Source: Ramazzottius varieornatus (lineage: Eukaryota; Animalia; Tardigrada). From it: a stretch of 64,000 bases of DNA. Below are positions 26,890 to 40,310 of this stretch, piece by piece; position 1 is the first letter of the stretch; each line of letters begins with the position of its first letter. The position numbers and the translations under genes were made by a program. The notes under the pieces are model-generated. The model saw only the letters and a list, made by a program, of their open reading frames with translations. It ran no database searches and had not been told where the DNA came from. The DNA lies in NCBI GenBank assembly GCA_001949185.1, contig BDGG01000003.1, forward strand, positions 1,462,725 to 1,526,724. The letters are read 5' to 3'.

Positions 26890-27925
26890 ATGGCGTCGTA
26901 TACCGTACTCTGTCTCGTCTCGTGTCTCGTTGCAGGAGCCTTCGCGGATCTCCCGGCCAATTACCAAAATCTCTTGGCTGTTGAAAAGCAAAACCTGCTG
27001 TGGCAGAACGTCCAGAGCGATCCTCACGACTTGAACAACTTACCAAGCGAAGGAGTTGGTTCACTGCTGCTCAACGCCATCAAACCTCCGTACTTGCTGC
27101 CGGCTTTCTCCCATATTTCCGACGAAATGATTGAAGGTCGAAGAAAGATCTTCCACACATACGGATCAGTGGCCAAAGGTCGACTGGAATTTTTCTCCAA
27201 CTCGACCTTCACAGGAATCTTTGAGAGTGGAACGCGCGACGTTCTTATTCGACCATCAGTCGCTCTCCTTAAAGACGATAATTTTATTCCAGGTACCATA
27301 AATCCTCTTTTTCATTTGGAAATAACTATGGAAGAACATTAACTCCTGTGAAGATTTGTCCAAGAGTCAACTGATTGCAGGGCTGGGGGTCAAGGTACTA
27401 ATTGACGGCAGCCCATCTGTGAACTTCCACACGCTCTTCTCCTTGGATGGTCAAGGCGACAACCGTGACTTCTTCGAGAACGCAATGTCCAACGTCATTC
27501 CCGATACGGAAAACCCAGTCCTCATCGCAGTCACCAAGGTCTTCCAGAGCGCGCTGTATCTACTGTCCGCTAACTGGATGAACCGACCAGAGAACCCCAA
27601 CAATATGCCCCTGTACGAACACGCCTCCATCCGTGCCGATGGCTCCCCTGTTGAGAAGGGCAAAGTGGTCGCCCCCTGGAAAATCGACTTTGTACCGAAC
27701 AAGTCTCTGTCGTGGGACCCTGCCACCAATAAAGATTTCCGCTGGCATTTCACCCACGATGTGCCTTCTGGGAGTGTGTTGTATGATGTGGTGCTGTTCC
27801 GAACCCAAGATTCCGTTGGCCAACATGTCGGGCGTTTGATTAGCACAAGTCCGTTTGTTGCGTCGCTGTATGGGGATGAGCGATTGTATCTGCAGCATGC
27901 TAATAATCGATGGTGCTCTACATAG
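26890..27925 (+). CDS. Secreted catalase-like-fold protein, probable tardigrade AMNP (anhydrobiosis-related Mn-dependent peroxidase) family member; 2 exons
   Basis: Signal peptide; RRKIFHTYG, FTGIF..G....IRPS.A, PGLGVK..IDG..SVN, SLDGQ, S.YGD.RLY.QH; intron 27293-27380 joins in frame; family call from recalled motif pattern. Confidence 0.7.
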
Positions 27926-28480
27926 TACATTGCAAAGCTTTTGTATTTGCAACAACAAGCTCTATACTACGGTAGCGCATATTGTTATAGAATTACACGT
28001 CACACACCCTGCTGAGAATGCGGAGATCCATTATCTTCCGGGCCGGACAGATATTTTCGGGCGGAAAGGGCAAGCAAAAGTTTTGCGCGCATGCAACAGA
28101 CCAGCCTCCGGATAGCTAAAGCTCTTAAGCTAAAACTGGCAGAACGGCTTGCGAAAGATGAAAAGGCGTTGGTTCTTTGGCACTTGCTTGGGTCTTCCCC
28201 GAGTCGATTCTAGCCTATACTTGCGTCTCGAACTTCCAACGAACGTACAACTCGTGGTCCTTGAGTAGATATTCGCTAACTTGCTTCATAGTTCTGCCTG
28301 GAAAACGAAAACACTCAGATCAATAACTCAATTGCAAACGCTACCACCCCAGGTTTCCAGTGAGTAATTTGTCAACATATGAGAGCCGGATAGATCGTCA
28401 GCTTTTTCTGGTCTAGTCCAGAACCTCTCGGTTTCGTCTTATCCGTAGGTAAGCTCGCGCGACTATTGGAGATCATACGT

Positions 28481-30092
28481 CTATTGCTTGAAACGACAGT
28501 TCACAGCTATGCTGAGATTTCCCAAGAGGGTCGTCATCTGTTCGATGAACTTTTCGTTGAGAGGTCCAAAGTCCAGAGTAAGTGGAGGTCGTAGATGGGA
28601 AAGCTGCCATAGTATCACTGTGTAAACTAGAACGATCAGGCACACCTATGGGAAAAAACCCAACTGTTTTTTCGTCTGGATTACCACGAGCCCTACCAAA
28701 CTGGATACTGAACACCTCACTGATTAAACTCTACCGTTTCATCTTACCAACGCCAGGAACAGTCTGTTTAATGGCCAAATGCCGCCGACACTCAGCGCGA
28801 TCGGTGAGGATTTAATGGACGTTAAAAGGATAACAGATTCCAGTCTGCTCTGACTAGACAGGTGGCTGGAGTAGATAAGGTACTCTCCCTTGCTTACAGC
28901 GGCTTCCGCCTGTTGAAAAGCATCAGTCAACAACTTGATGGTTGACATCCTCATGGTTTAAATTGCAGTGGGGAAATTTCTGCCTTCTGACCATCACGGG
29001 GCTTTTTCTACCTGTGATTGCGCTATCATGGTCAGGTGATCGCCGGCAGGCACCTGTTTTCTTCGTTGTACGAACTGAATGCGATCGACTCACCGTATCG
29101 GAGACCCAAACAAGAATGACTGACCGCACGACTAGAAAAATCCCAGCCAGAAACAGCAATATCCAGTCCCCGCCTTGGTTCCATTCCGTAACGAACTGAG
29201 TCCCTCGAACTCCAAAAATTAACCGATCGATAAGTGCTAATATCCATATGAGATCACCCAGGTACAATGCCAGAATCAACATTGACACTGCATGGGCAAA
29301 CATTCGATAATCGCGGCTGAGGGAACCATATGTTTCCAGGAGCTTCCCTATCACGTCAGCAGGATCTGGTGGACGAGTGTCCGCGGAAATAAATCCCGAA
29401 GAAACTCCAGATGAAGCGGACAGTTTTGTCAGGCACAAACCAACAGAAAAACTGACAACTATCACAGCTGTCTGGAGTAGATAAACACCTAAGGAGTTGA
29501 TGAACGGGACGACACGAAAGAACCAAGAGAGACCGTAAGCTCCATGCATGTTCCACGTTGCGCTCAAGTACCCCACCAGGACGTCGATCGCAGCTTCACG
29601 TACATTCCCATATAGCGTCTCGCAGACCAATGACAGAACTAATGCAGAGCATAGGAGTATGATTAATACAATAATCAAGCATTTTCTCCAGAAAGTTAAG
29701 AATAGCCGAGTTACTTGATCGATCTCATGAACAGCACTTATGAGTTTCCTGCAGTAGACCAACATGGCCAAACTACAAAACAGAGCAAGTAAGTTATGGT
29801 GGTAGAAAAGAACAGCTTGTAACGTCGAGCTTCCATCACTGTCATTTGCGGAGCTTTTTACTTGTGGAACTATCACAACGTAAAGATAAAAAATTTGCGC
29901 AGCGACATAAGCGACAGAAATAAGGTGATAAACTACGATCAGGATAAGTCGAACGCAAGAGAGCTTTGAGGGCGATGTGGACCATGGAAATTGGCCAGTA
30001 AGCCGCGCGAGATACAGCAATGGTCGCGCTGTAGCTAAATGGAACCCGGAGCTAGATGAGATCACGGTGGTTTCCGAAAAAACCGCAGTCAT
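28481..30092 (-). CDS. Gustatory receptor-like (7TM ion-channel superfamily) chemoreceptor, 3 exons
   Basis: N-terminal PLLYLARLTGQFP, several TM segments, exon 2 PIALSVGGIWPLN, last exon VYTVILWQL matching the TM7 TYhhhhhQF motif; phase-0 C-terminal introns. Confidence 0.85.
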
Positions 30093-31719
30093 TTTTGGAC
30101 GTAGACGAGCAGCGACCTACTTGAAGCCATGATTTTGCAATAAACTTATCGGCATGTTAAAACGATTGTCGAAAGGTACATCAGAGGACGTTAACTCTTC
30201 CTGATACACACGACAGCCACATTCAAAGGTTCTTTCGGGACCCGCGATGATTGCGGGCACTGTTTGTCTTTACATGGTACAGTAGCTAGACATTCGGCGT
30301 AAGCGATAAAAATGTGCGGCTCATTATTTGAACAGCTGTCAGGTGGGAGAAATGTGAGAGGCCTGAGTAATCAAAGGAGCTCGTGGGGTTGAACTTTGAG
30401 GTGGGATCCTGAATCCCCTACACCTTACACCTAACTGGCCAGATCTGAGAGGCGGGACCAGGTTTAGGTTTAACCAGTCACCTATCTTTGGAACATTTTT
30501 GAATTTCAAGTCTTGGTGACGTCACCTGCTGGTTGCGTTTTTTCTGTCACTTCCCTATCAATAGTAAGTGCTGGTCTGACTTGATACCTGGTTGCAGTGA
30601 CTGTGCTGGACCTCTCAAATAATTTGGAGACGAACTGGACATCGTATCGACTTTGGAGAAAATCCCAACGAAATAACGCCGGAAAGGGCGGATGTCAGAC
30701 ATTCGCTTTTCCGAACTTTCCTGTGGCTGATAGAGCCTGGTCACCGTATTTGGACGATGAACTAGTGTTTTGTCGAGGCCAGAGATTTACTTTGTGACGT
30801 CATCCATGGGGGTAGAAGGCACAACCTGGAATCCCCCAACCCCGACTGCAGGTGCCCCTCCCTTAAGACTAACACAGAAAATGCGCTGTATGGCTTTCTG
30901 TCAACGCAACTCCATAAAGGGAACATGTAGACATGGACCAAACGGTGTCTCGCCGCTGGCCTCAGTGCGGTGACGAACAAGAACTATTTCTGACAACGTG
31001 ACAGGTGTAACGGCGAAGATTTTGCTGAGCCAAAAAAGTGGGCGATCTGGTTCAGCTGGTTCTCTATCCGCATCCACTTGAGCGTGGTGATTGCGTCGTT
31101 CAGCAGAGGTAGACCTTGACATTTGACAGAACTCTTTCCCAGAGACAACAACAAACGTTAGAAAGAGATAAAGTTTTGGTAAATAGTCAGTCAAAACACG
31201 CGAAGCAAAAATAAAGTCAAAAAATCAGAAAATCTCTTAAAACTTTCCCGTTTTACAATCCAATAGTTGCACCATCCCATCAGTTGCAACTAAAGGGCCT
31301 CGAGTTCGCCTCCCAAATGAGTCCCGTAAAGCTGGAAAACTTTTCGGAAAATTTCGCCATTCTCATCAACCGCGTGGACTTTGGGGAGTAGTAAAAGAGG
31401 AAGACCAGAGGCTCTGGGGCTGCTTCCGAATCTGACCTCATACTGGCTGATGAGTTCCTGAATGTATGGAACTCGAAAGATTGAGCACCATTATTCGGTG
31501 GTTCGGCTTGTGGATCGGGGGCTTCACAAGTTAGTGCTGATTTCTGTTTCTGACGAGGGGCAGTCCATTGGACGTCGTGCTCATCCAGGATCGTTTCCGT
31601 CGTTGCCCAGCATCTGTTTACCGTGGTCCTCCCGGGTGCTTGTTCCAGTAGGTAAATCGCTGGCTGAAATGTTGAAAAGTGGTTGGCGATCGACGTGGCT
31701 GATTTTGTGTATACAGATA

Positions 31720-31925
31720 CTGTATTCCCTCGATAGTTCTGCGAATTACGTCATCATGCCAGTAAATTACACCCGCACTGGTATCCCTGATTGTTTGATT
31801 GTCGCCCATCATAACACTTGACTGGGGAGCAGTTTTTGATTGAAGGTATAGATACTTCCTGGTCCCCGCCGGATGATATTTACCACGACAGTCGCGTGAT
31901 TCGCAGAACTTTCGAGGGAATACAG
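31720..31925. mobile_element. TA-targeting MITE, family D (206 bp)
   Basis: TIR CTGTATTCCCTCGA(T/A)AGTTCTGCGAAT; TA on both sides; near-identical copy at 47401-47606. Confidence 0.9.
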
Positions 31926-32226
31926 TATCCTTTACTGACGTATGACGCGTATGTTCTTCGGTCGACAGGATTATACGTAGCATGTTAACCACGCAATTCA
32001 AAAAGTCGATATAAAACAAAGTCAAGTGCGCCATGAGGAAAGCGTTTCCCCATATTGTGAAGACCGAAACAAAAGATGGTCGAAGTGATAGACGACGTGT
32101 GCATATTGGTCTCCAGTTAGTTTGAGTTACCTTTGCGATAGAACACACGAGAGAACTCTTCATCCCCAATCCGGCAGTTTTGACCGTGCGGGCTTATTTT
32201 GGATTTACGTTTCTACTTCTCTCTGA

Positions 32227-32458
32227 CAGTGTTATTTTACTATGCGATTAAAATTATTAAAAGTCACGTGCTAATGTTAAGTCTACGCGATCAGCTGACT
32301 GTAAGCAAAGTCAATCATCGCTGACGAATTTCAATCATCAAAATTAAAATTCCATACCCTCTTATGGATGAATCAATCAAGTGAACACCAACCCGCACAA
32401 TTAAAACGATTTTAATTATTAATATCGATTTCCTATTATAATGATTAAAATAACACTG
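32227..32458. mobile_element. hAT MITE family E (232 bp)
   Basis: TIR CAGTGTTATTTTA; TSD CTCTCTGA/CTCTCTCA; second copy at 53411-53642. Confidence 0.88.
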
Positions 32459-32999
32459 CTCTCTCACGATTTTTCAGGCTACCGGAAGCGCGGGTCTCAT
32501 GCGGTTATTCCTACTTTGAATCTGTTGAATGTAGATCCCAACGAGGTATAGTAAGTTCCAATTTGTGCTACGTTCACTGATCAGGATGTTAACTTTACCG
32601 TGTTACTCGCGTGCATCTGACTGCTTGCCAAGTTTGTCTTACAGATTGAACAGACAGCAACCATATCAGGCTTCGCCGTACGCCTGCCGTGTCTATGGTG
32701 AGCCGGGCGATTCAAAACTCCACAGTACTTTGACCGCGGGTGCATGCGCGGAGAAACTCCATGCGCGGTGAAATGCTTTTTCCGCGCATCCACCCGCGGA
32801 CTACGACGAGAGTTTCACCGAGGGTGTACGCGCGGAGAAACTAGTTTTGAGTCGCGCGGCTCACCGTACGTGTCCGTGTGTGTGTATGTTTGTGCGTGTG
32901 TGTTTTTAAGACCTTGCATCTAAAATGAACATCACTTTCTTAGTTCTGTAACAACATCCGGGATCTCCTGCATCTCTCCACGTTTCCCCACCATCAAAG

Positions 33000-35900
33000 C
33001 TGTCCACCCTACAATTCTTATAGTGTCGACGGCCACATAAGTCTCCAGGTACGTTTTGTACCCTATGGTGCTGTGGTCAGTTGGCTGCTGTGCGCAAAGT
33101 TTTAGGTGGATTCGTCTCAACCGGATGTCGTGTTCCGAATAGCCGATCAACAATCAGCCGAAAGAACTCACGTTGAACGGCAGAACGCAAAACAATTTTC
33201 TGTCTTCCTCCATCAGCTTCCTCCTCTTGCTCAAGCCGTCTACTCTACTTTGGGCCATATTGGAACAGATCCGGGGGACAGGCACGCTTGCCCCCCGATG
33301 TCTGTAGGTTGTTTCCACATCGTAAAAGCGGAGATAAACTCGTATAGAGCGTCCTTGTTGGCCTGAGTTCTCTTTCAGGATGTCACGCCGATCCTGACCA
33401 GAAATATGGCCACACCAGACCCCAAGATACCATGCCCGGAATGTGGAGAGCTGTACACACCTCGAGGCATGAGTAGGCACACCGGAAAGACAGCCTGTGT
33501 AACTAACCAGGAAAGAAACAGAAGGAATATTTCAGCTCGAGCCAGTCAGTCGTCGCTCCTGCTGATCAGCTGATCGCGACGAAACCGTTCCATGAAGTCG
33601 TCCAGCACCTGAAAGCCTCAACAAAAGTCATCCGCAGAATACCAAAAGGCACTCGTATGCTGGCAGCAACGAGTTTAACGGAAAGAATAGATGTACTTCA
33701 GAAGAGGTCGGAATCATCCTGGCGTCACTTGATGCTGTTCAGCTTTGCAGGCTTGAAGCAGCCAGACAAAGATAAGAGCAAGAAAGGAAACCGTACCACT
33801 GCTGTCAAGAGTAATCTCTTAAGACAGCTTGTTAACCTTGAGTTGAATGGGAAGCAGACTGTGAAGAAACAACCAAGAGACTCATTGCTCAAGAAGTTGG
33901 TAGAGGGCAAAATCAACGACGGCGATATAAGCGGGGCGCTACGGGTGCTTTCCTCTGAGAATTCGGTGGCAGTTCCAACCCCGGAAGTTCTGGACACTCT
34001 TCGAGCCAAGCATCCTTCAGAAAGCCCAGACAGTTTGTTCCCAGATCCCCCAGATCAGTTGTCACTGCCCGAAGAAGTGACGGTGGAGGAAATTCTCGCA
34101 CCTGTAAAGAGTTTCCCCAACGGATCTGCTGGTGGCGTTGATGGTCTGAGACCTCAGCATCTCAAAGACATGCTGTCAGGTGCACCGAACGGGGCAACGG
34201 TGGCGTTAGCAGAAGCAGTAGCTAAGCTGATTACGCTGATGCTTTTAGGCAGAATTCCTGACGCTACTTGCGGTGTGCTCTACAGGGCATCGCTTACTGC
34301 CGTCAAGAAGAAAGATGGTGGCCTGCGGCCAATTGCTGTAGGAAACACGCTACGTCGCTTGGCAGGCAAGATCGTTGTCAAGAGAGTGGGTCGTGTGTTG
34401 GAGGAACAAGTCCGTCCTGAGCAAGTTGGTTGCGGTACCAGAGGTGGAGCAGAAGCAGCAGTCCATGCGGTTCGCTGCTTCCGTGAGGGAAGAGACGAAA
34501 GTCAAGTGCAGCTCAAGCTTGACTTGAAGAACGCCTTCAACACCATACACCGATTCGTTCTTCTCCGTGTTGTTAGAGACTCCTTGCCTAAATACCTCCC
34601 GTTTGCCTGGCAGTCTTACCGATATCCCTCAAAGCTACTGTTTGGTCAACATACGCTCGAGTCAGCAAGGGGCGTGCAGCAAGGAGACCCACTAGGGCCC
34701 TTATTGTTTTGCGTTCTCAGCCAGAAGCTTACCAAGAGCCTCACTTCCCCCCTGAATGTGTGGTACCTCGATGACGGCACCATCGGCGGTAAGATTGAAA
34801 GTGTTTTGTCAGATTTGCAGGTGGTAATCAACGAAGGGCGGAGGCTCGGACTGCAACTGAACTCGGCTAAATGTGAGCTTTTCTCCTTAGGGGTTCTGCT
34901 CTGGAACGCCGAGCCGTGCAGGAAAGAGCAGCCGTCGCCTGTCCGGGTATTCTGTTTCCTTCCGGAAGCGAACTCAACCTTCTAGGAGCACCGCTGATGG
35001 AAGAGGGCCTGGAGAGAGCCGTCCGAGCTAAAACAAGTAAGATCCGGTTGGTGAACGCAAACCTAAATCTCTTGTTTGCCCACCAGGCCCTTTTCCTGCT
35101 CAAGAACTGCCTTTGCCTGCCCAAGTTGCTGTACATTCTCCGGTGCTCTCCAGTATGGAAGGTCCCTGCATTGCTCCGCGAGTTCGACGAAGTGGTTCGG
35201 TCGAGCCTGTCGGAGATTGCCAACACTGGGATGAGTTCCGGTCCATGGCGACAAGCAACACTGCCTGTCGGTTTGGGTGGATTAGGCATCCGTCGTACGG
35301 AAGAAGTCGCGCTCCCTGCCTTTTTGGCTTCGCTTCATTCTGTACGGCAACTGGTGCTGAGTATCCTGCCTGAAGCCGACTTGCATGGCGAAGCAAACCT
35401 CGCTCTCTCCAAATGGAGCCTCCTCTCCACAGCTGAGCCTCCTGTTCCCGAGCTTCGCCGCCAACAGAAAGCCTGGGACATGGCTTTGCTGAAAGAAATA
35501 CACGAGCAGCTAGTAAGTACTGCTTCGGATAATGATAAAGCGCGACTTCTTGCAGTTTCAGATAAGAACTCAGGCTCCTGGCTTCATGCGCTACCGTTAC
35601 CCTCGTTGGGAAACCTGCTCGACAACAATGCCCTACGGATTAGTATTGGTTTGCGTCTTGGTGCCAAGCTATGCCGTCCTCACGTGTGTCGATGTGGCGC
35701 CAGCGTGGATGAGTTTGGCCAACACGGGTTGAGCTGTAAGTTCAGTGGGGGACGTCACAGTGCGCTCAACGAGTCCCTAAAACGCGCGTTGACAACAGCC
35801 CAAATTCCTACAGTCCTTGAACCACCCGGAATCTTCAGAAAGGACAAAAGACGGCCAGATGGAATGACGCAAGTCCCTTGGAAGAATGGTAAGGAGCTTG

Positions 35901-36350
35901 TATGGGACGTCACAGTTGTGGATACACAGGCTTTGACAAACTTTGCAATGTCAACGGCGAAAGCTGGATCAGCTGCTGACGCCGCCGAGAAGAGAAAGAT
36001 CACGAAGTAAGACATCGGAAGCCAATTTGAGTTCTGCCCTGACGGACTGGAGACCCCTGGACCTTGGGGTCCTTCCGTGACAGCGCTGTTCGAAGCTGTA
36101 GGAAGAAAGATGGCGGAAGTAATGGGCGAGCCGAGGTGATTTCAGTTGTCTAAGCAGCTAGTGTCCATAGATATTCAACGTGGTAATTGTTATTCTGTTC
36201 TGACTACTGTTAAAGATACGAAGGGTCTTGATGAAGTATTTAATGCTTTAGATGTCAAAAAGGGAAAATCTGTGTAGCGTTTTTGTCAATTTTGTATCGC
36301 TGCTTCCTGATTTTTTGAGTATAGATTATTGTCTTCAAATAAAGATTTTT
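33000..36350 (+). mobile_element. Non-LTR retrotransposon, CRE-like (zinc fingers, RT, C-terminal restriction-like endonuclease), decayed
   Basis: CPECG..RH finger; RT motifs LRPIAVG, LDLKNAFN, GVQQGDPLGPLLF, YLDD; CRCG..HGLSC..RH, RPDG..WDVT..K (RLE); frameshift near 34890, stop at 36008; AATAAA near 36338; 5' boundary approximate. Confidence 0.9.
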
Positions 36351-36699
36351 ACACATCACCGCTGGCTTGAATGTTTACTTTCGGATTAGCCGCACGCAGC
36401 ACAGTGTGGCTCAGGGTTGATGAGCTCAGATTTTTGTCATGCCTCGTAAAGGACACTCGCTCATTCTGCGTTGGTAGAATGATCGAAACTCGTAATCTGA
36501 TGACCACTGGTCAGCTGGTCGGAGCCAGGTGACCAACTGCATTTGGCCACGCCCCGGACCCCTCGTTGGACTTTCGCTTAGACAAATCTATGCCCGAGGC
36601 AAAGCAAAATTTCCAGACCGATCGAGTCAAACGGACGTTCAAAATTTGAAAATAATGTAAACATTCGCAGAGTCCGCCCAGTGCGTACTCTTATGTGAC

Positions 36700-37360
36700 G
36701 ACGCACCCAGTAGGGCGTTGAACAGGCAGTGAAGCCGGACCGAGAGCTTCCCAGGAGTGATGCTGATGTTGGACGACCAGTTCTCGGCTTTCAGGACGAG
36801 GTCCACATCGCTAGCGGAAACTCCCATGCGACCGACGGTGGAAGACTTAGTGTCGTCAGGGCCAAAAGGAACTATCCGGACGAAGCGAGGCTTCACTCCT
36901 ATGCCTTGCAGGTAATCTTTCAGTTGTTCAGCGGTTACGTGTCTCGGGACGCCCCGGATGGCGAAGTCATGACTTGGCGGACCTTTGGCTCGCAGCGGGT
37001 TGGCTGTTATACTCTCTTCATCCTCCTGCTTCGTACCTCTTATAACAGCGGGGATTGCCTTTCTCGAGACAGTAGTTTTCTTGGATGGTTGAGATCTTCG
37101 GGCAGCAACGGCAGCAAAGGTTGGAATGATGACTTGCTTGACTGGGGACACGAGTGGCGTTGCTGTAGCGGTAGCCTGGTTCATACTAGGGACACTACAC
37201 GTGGTGACGGAAGGCTCATATGGCAGGACACGCAGCCGTTGGGGGAAATTCTCCAACAAGGACAATCTTCCCAAGATGGATTTCTGGCTTACCTGCAGAG
37301 CTTTGACGGTGTCCACAGAATTGCTAGTTGCCGATCACGTCACAGCCAGAATACTGTAAT
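36700..37360 (-). mobile_element. LINE ORF1 (CR1/L2-like, RRM-type) fragment
   Basis: TFAAVAA ... VIRGT ... FAIRGVPRHVTAEQLKDYL ... VLKAENWSSNISI matches the ORF1 pattern; no adjacent ORF2. Confidence 0.6.
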
Positions 37361-38231
37361 GCTTCTTGAACTCAATGGTGCTCGGAAAGATCAAAGGTCA
37401 CTATGAAAATGGGTCAGGGTCAAGTCTTGACCCACGGTCAGACCTGTGGTCACCTTGATGCCGCACCTCTTATGTTCTGATTGGCTACTTTTCTGAACTG
37501 TTTTTTAACCGTGAGAAAATACCCATAATTACCTTCATGCACGCATTGGTGTTCTAGGAAACTGTCGATTATTTCCCAGTGCGGAATCTTTGTACTTAAA
37601 AGATGACACGCACAACTGGGTGAAACGTTTCACCGACCAAATTGATACATCCTTACTTAGAACTTAAACTCATCATAGTATACATGAGATTTTTGTTTTC
37701 CCCTACACCAGTTTGATCCATCTATCTCGCCCAGGCATAGAGTGTGTTCAACGGAACTGGGTACTCATTAGCACAGCAAACTGAGAAATCAGAAACTATT
37801 GTTGCGCGAAAATCTAAAGGTCTGGAAATTTCCTGGTTCCATTCATCTGACTGAAATTTTTATTTGATGTTCCAATCATTTTCGTTTGTTCCAGCAAAGC
37901 GGGAGTTCAACCCATACTCCGTGTGATTAGTGATCACTGTGGAAGGCTGACTGAAACAGTCACTGTTTGATCAAATCAAAGTCGAGAAGTTGAGATAAGA
38001 CGCAGCCTAATCTCGCGCACACAACACCTTTCGTAATATTTAGGCCTCGCGCACACGCGATGCGAATGTGGAATTTGAATCCCATCTTACTGCCCGCAGT
38101 TACGAGAATTTTGGTTTCCTTCATTTAATGCAGTACTGTGGCCTAATTAATGGACCCTTGGTCAAAGAGGTCAGAATGCCGCTGCCGCATTTTTATAGTG
38201 ACCTTTGACCTCTCCGACCACCATTGCTTTA

Positions 38232-38850
38232 ACTTCGCGAAGCACGTCATCATACGTAAACTTCACCCGTCGGGCACTAGTTTCACGCAGTCTGGCCAAT
38301 CAACAATTCATCACATACCCCGCTATCGTCGAAAAAACTAGCCTGGCAGATCAGCTGTTTTCCACTGCATTCGAAAGTGCAGTTAAGATATTGAATATTC
38401 TCGTCAGCTAGCATGTAGAGTGGTTCTGATACTTGATTTTCCGATACCTTTGATCTTTCTTGGCAGGTTCTGTCTGAAAAAAGAAAACCTCGTACCGCTA
38501 AATGTTGAGCCAGAAAATGAGAGAAATGTACAGCCATCCTCGAAGCGTGGTCTTTGGAATCCTGTGTTCCTTTGAAAACTTGTTCAAAAGCTTTCCAAAG
38601 TTCCGGAACGACTCAACAGTACGCTCGCTTCTTTATCTCCATACCTCTTCCGGTTTTTAATTCTTTACAACGGAACCATCAAAGCGAAAAGTCATCAGAG
38701 AGTTACAAGAACCATAAATGTGGACAGAATTTATGAATTCGATGTTAACTTAATACTGACGAGACTATCAAACAATCACCGCAGTTGGAAATCTCATATT
38801 GCTGTACTTGCGGATGATTTTCACGCGCACGATGACGTGCTTCGCGAAGT
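38232..38850. mobile_element. Old TIR element
   Basis: ACTTCGCGAAGCACGTCATC at 38232 and its reverse complement ending at 38850; no TSD seen. Confidence 0.5.
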
Positions 38851-38868
38851 GCAGGAAGCATTACAGTA

Positions 38869-39942
38869 CACGCACGGCGGAGAAATACGGGACACTAAAA
38901 ATTATGGTACGGGCGGAAAGAACGGTAAATTTACATCCTGAATGCGAGCCAAAAATGAAAATCGAGTGTATGACGTAACGCGTTAAATTTAACCGTAAAA
39001 GGTTGTCATGGACAGTGTCGATCAGCTGTTCAACCTTTGCGCTTCGAGACTGAGGATTGTTCATTCATTTTCATCCAGAGACGTTCTCGAACGCATATCG
39101 TTTCTGTAACAGTTTTCTCATTATGTCCCAACCCTTCAAGATCAATGAACCTCGACAGCACAGCGAAAAGGCCTCGAAGGACGCGCTTCCTGCTATTCAG
39201 CACGTACGTACAGCAAAGCAGCCTTCAGCGCTGGTTTTTACTTAGTGTAGTAAGAATCACCTGCCCGTGCCGCCGTAGCTAGACCTGAGGATGGTGTGGT
39301 GAAACCACACCACACCGAAAAAAACCACTCTTTTTGGTTTCGGTGTGCTTGAAACACCAAATCGAAAAATTGGTGTCCGAGTCGCACCGAATTTGCCGTT
39401 TCGGCGTCTAGGAACGCCACATCACACCAAACCGAAAAACTTTTGGTGCACCAGATTTAATGAGCTAGTCAGCTAGCTTGGGCTAGATGAGTATCGCAAA
39501 CTCGCTGTTTCGCCCCGTGGTTGATTCGACCAACTGTTGATTGTTTAAGCTGCGAAATTTTACCTGTGTCGAAGTTTACTAGATAGTACGACCGTGCAAG
39601 TTTCGATGTGTTTGAAATCTTGGTATTTTTTTGAGTTTCCTACAGCGCAGTTCGATTTGTCGATGACGGATTAATAAATTGTGAATTCGCTCTTTGAAAC
39701 TTTTTTCGGTTTTTCGATTTGGTTTGGTGTGGTGCACCGAAAGAGTGGTGTCCGATCCACACCAAACCGGAAAAAGTGGTGTGCCTTTCGAACCGAAAAA
39801 CCAGTTTCGGTGTGGAGAAGCACCGAACCGAAAAACAGCACACCACACTTAATCAAACTTTATCACACTTTTCTCAGGTTTAGCCGTAGCGAAAAGGCCT
39901 GTACCATAATTTTTAGAGTCCCGTAATTACCCGCCGTGCGTG
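38869..39942. mobile_element. Family C TA MITE carrying a nested hAT MITE
   Basis: TA-CACGCACGGCGG..TACGGGAC..TAAAAATTATGGTAC TIRs at both ends; internal homology to 4247-4825. Confidence 0.85.
39280..39882. mobile_element. hAT MITE family F (CACC/GGTG, ACCGAAA-rich)
   Basis: TIR TA(G/A)ACCTGAG; perfect TSD GCCGTAGC (39272-39279, 39883-39890). Confidence 0.9.
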
Positions 39943-40310
39943 TACTCAGTAAGAGAGTTGAATGATTCAGCAACTTTAGGGCAGAAACAGATTTTACGAA
40001 ATGAGATACTAGGTGTCGACAGGCTTGATTGATTTTTTGGTTGTTTCTGTGATTTTACAGATCGGAGGTTTTAATTTGAACTTCGGAATAAGCTGCCATC
40101 GAGCAGCTTTTATTGAGATTTTAAATGCGTTTATCTCTTGCACACTTGCTTTACGTACTTTTTCTACTCTCTATTACACTAATTACACTTATGGCTTTCC
40201 TCGTTTCCACGTCTGGTTTTCTTGTGCTGTTCTCCAAGTGCTCTGTAGTCTCTGTTCCGCTGGAACCTGTACAGATTTAGTACTCAGGATATCCTGTAAA
40301 CTTGCTGACT

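Noticed and set aside
30500-31700. Possible multi-exon minus-strand gene
   Set aside because: Splice-like signals are present but I could not build a consistent model or recognise a motif
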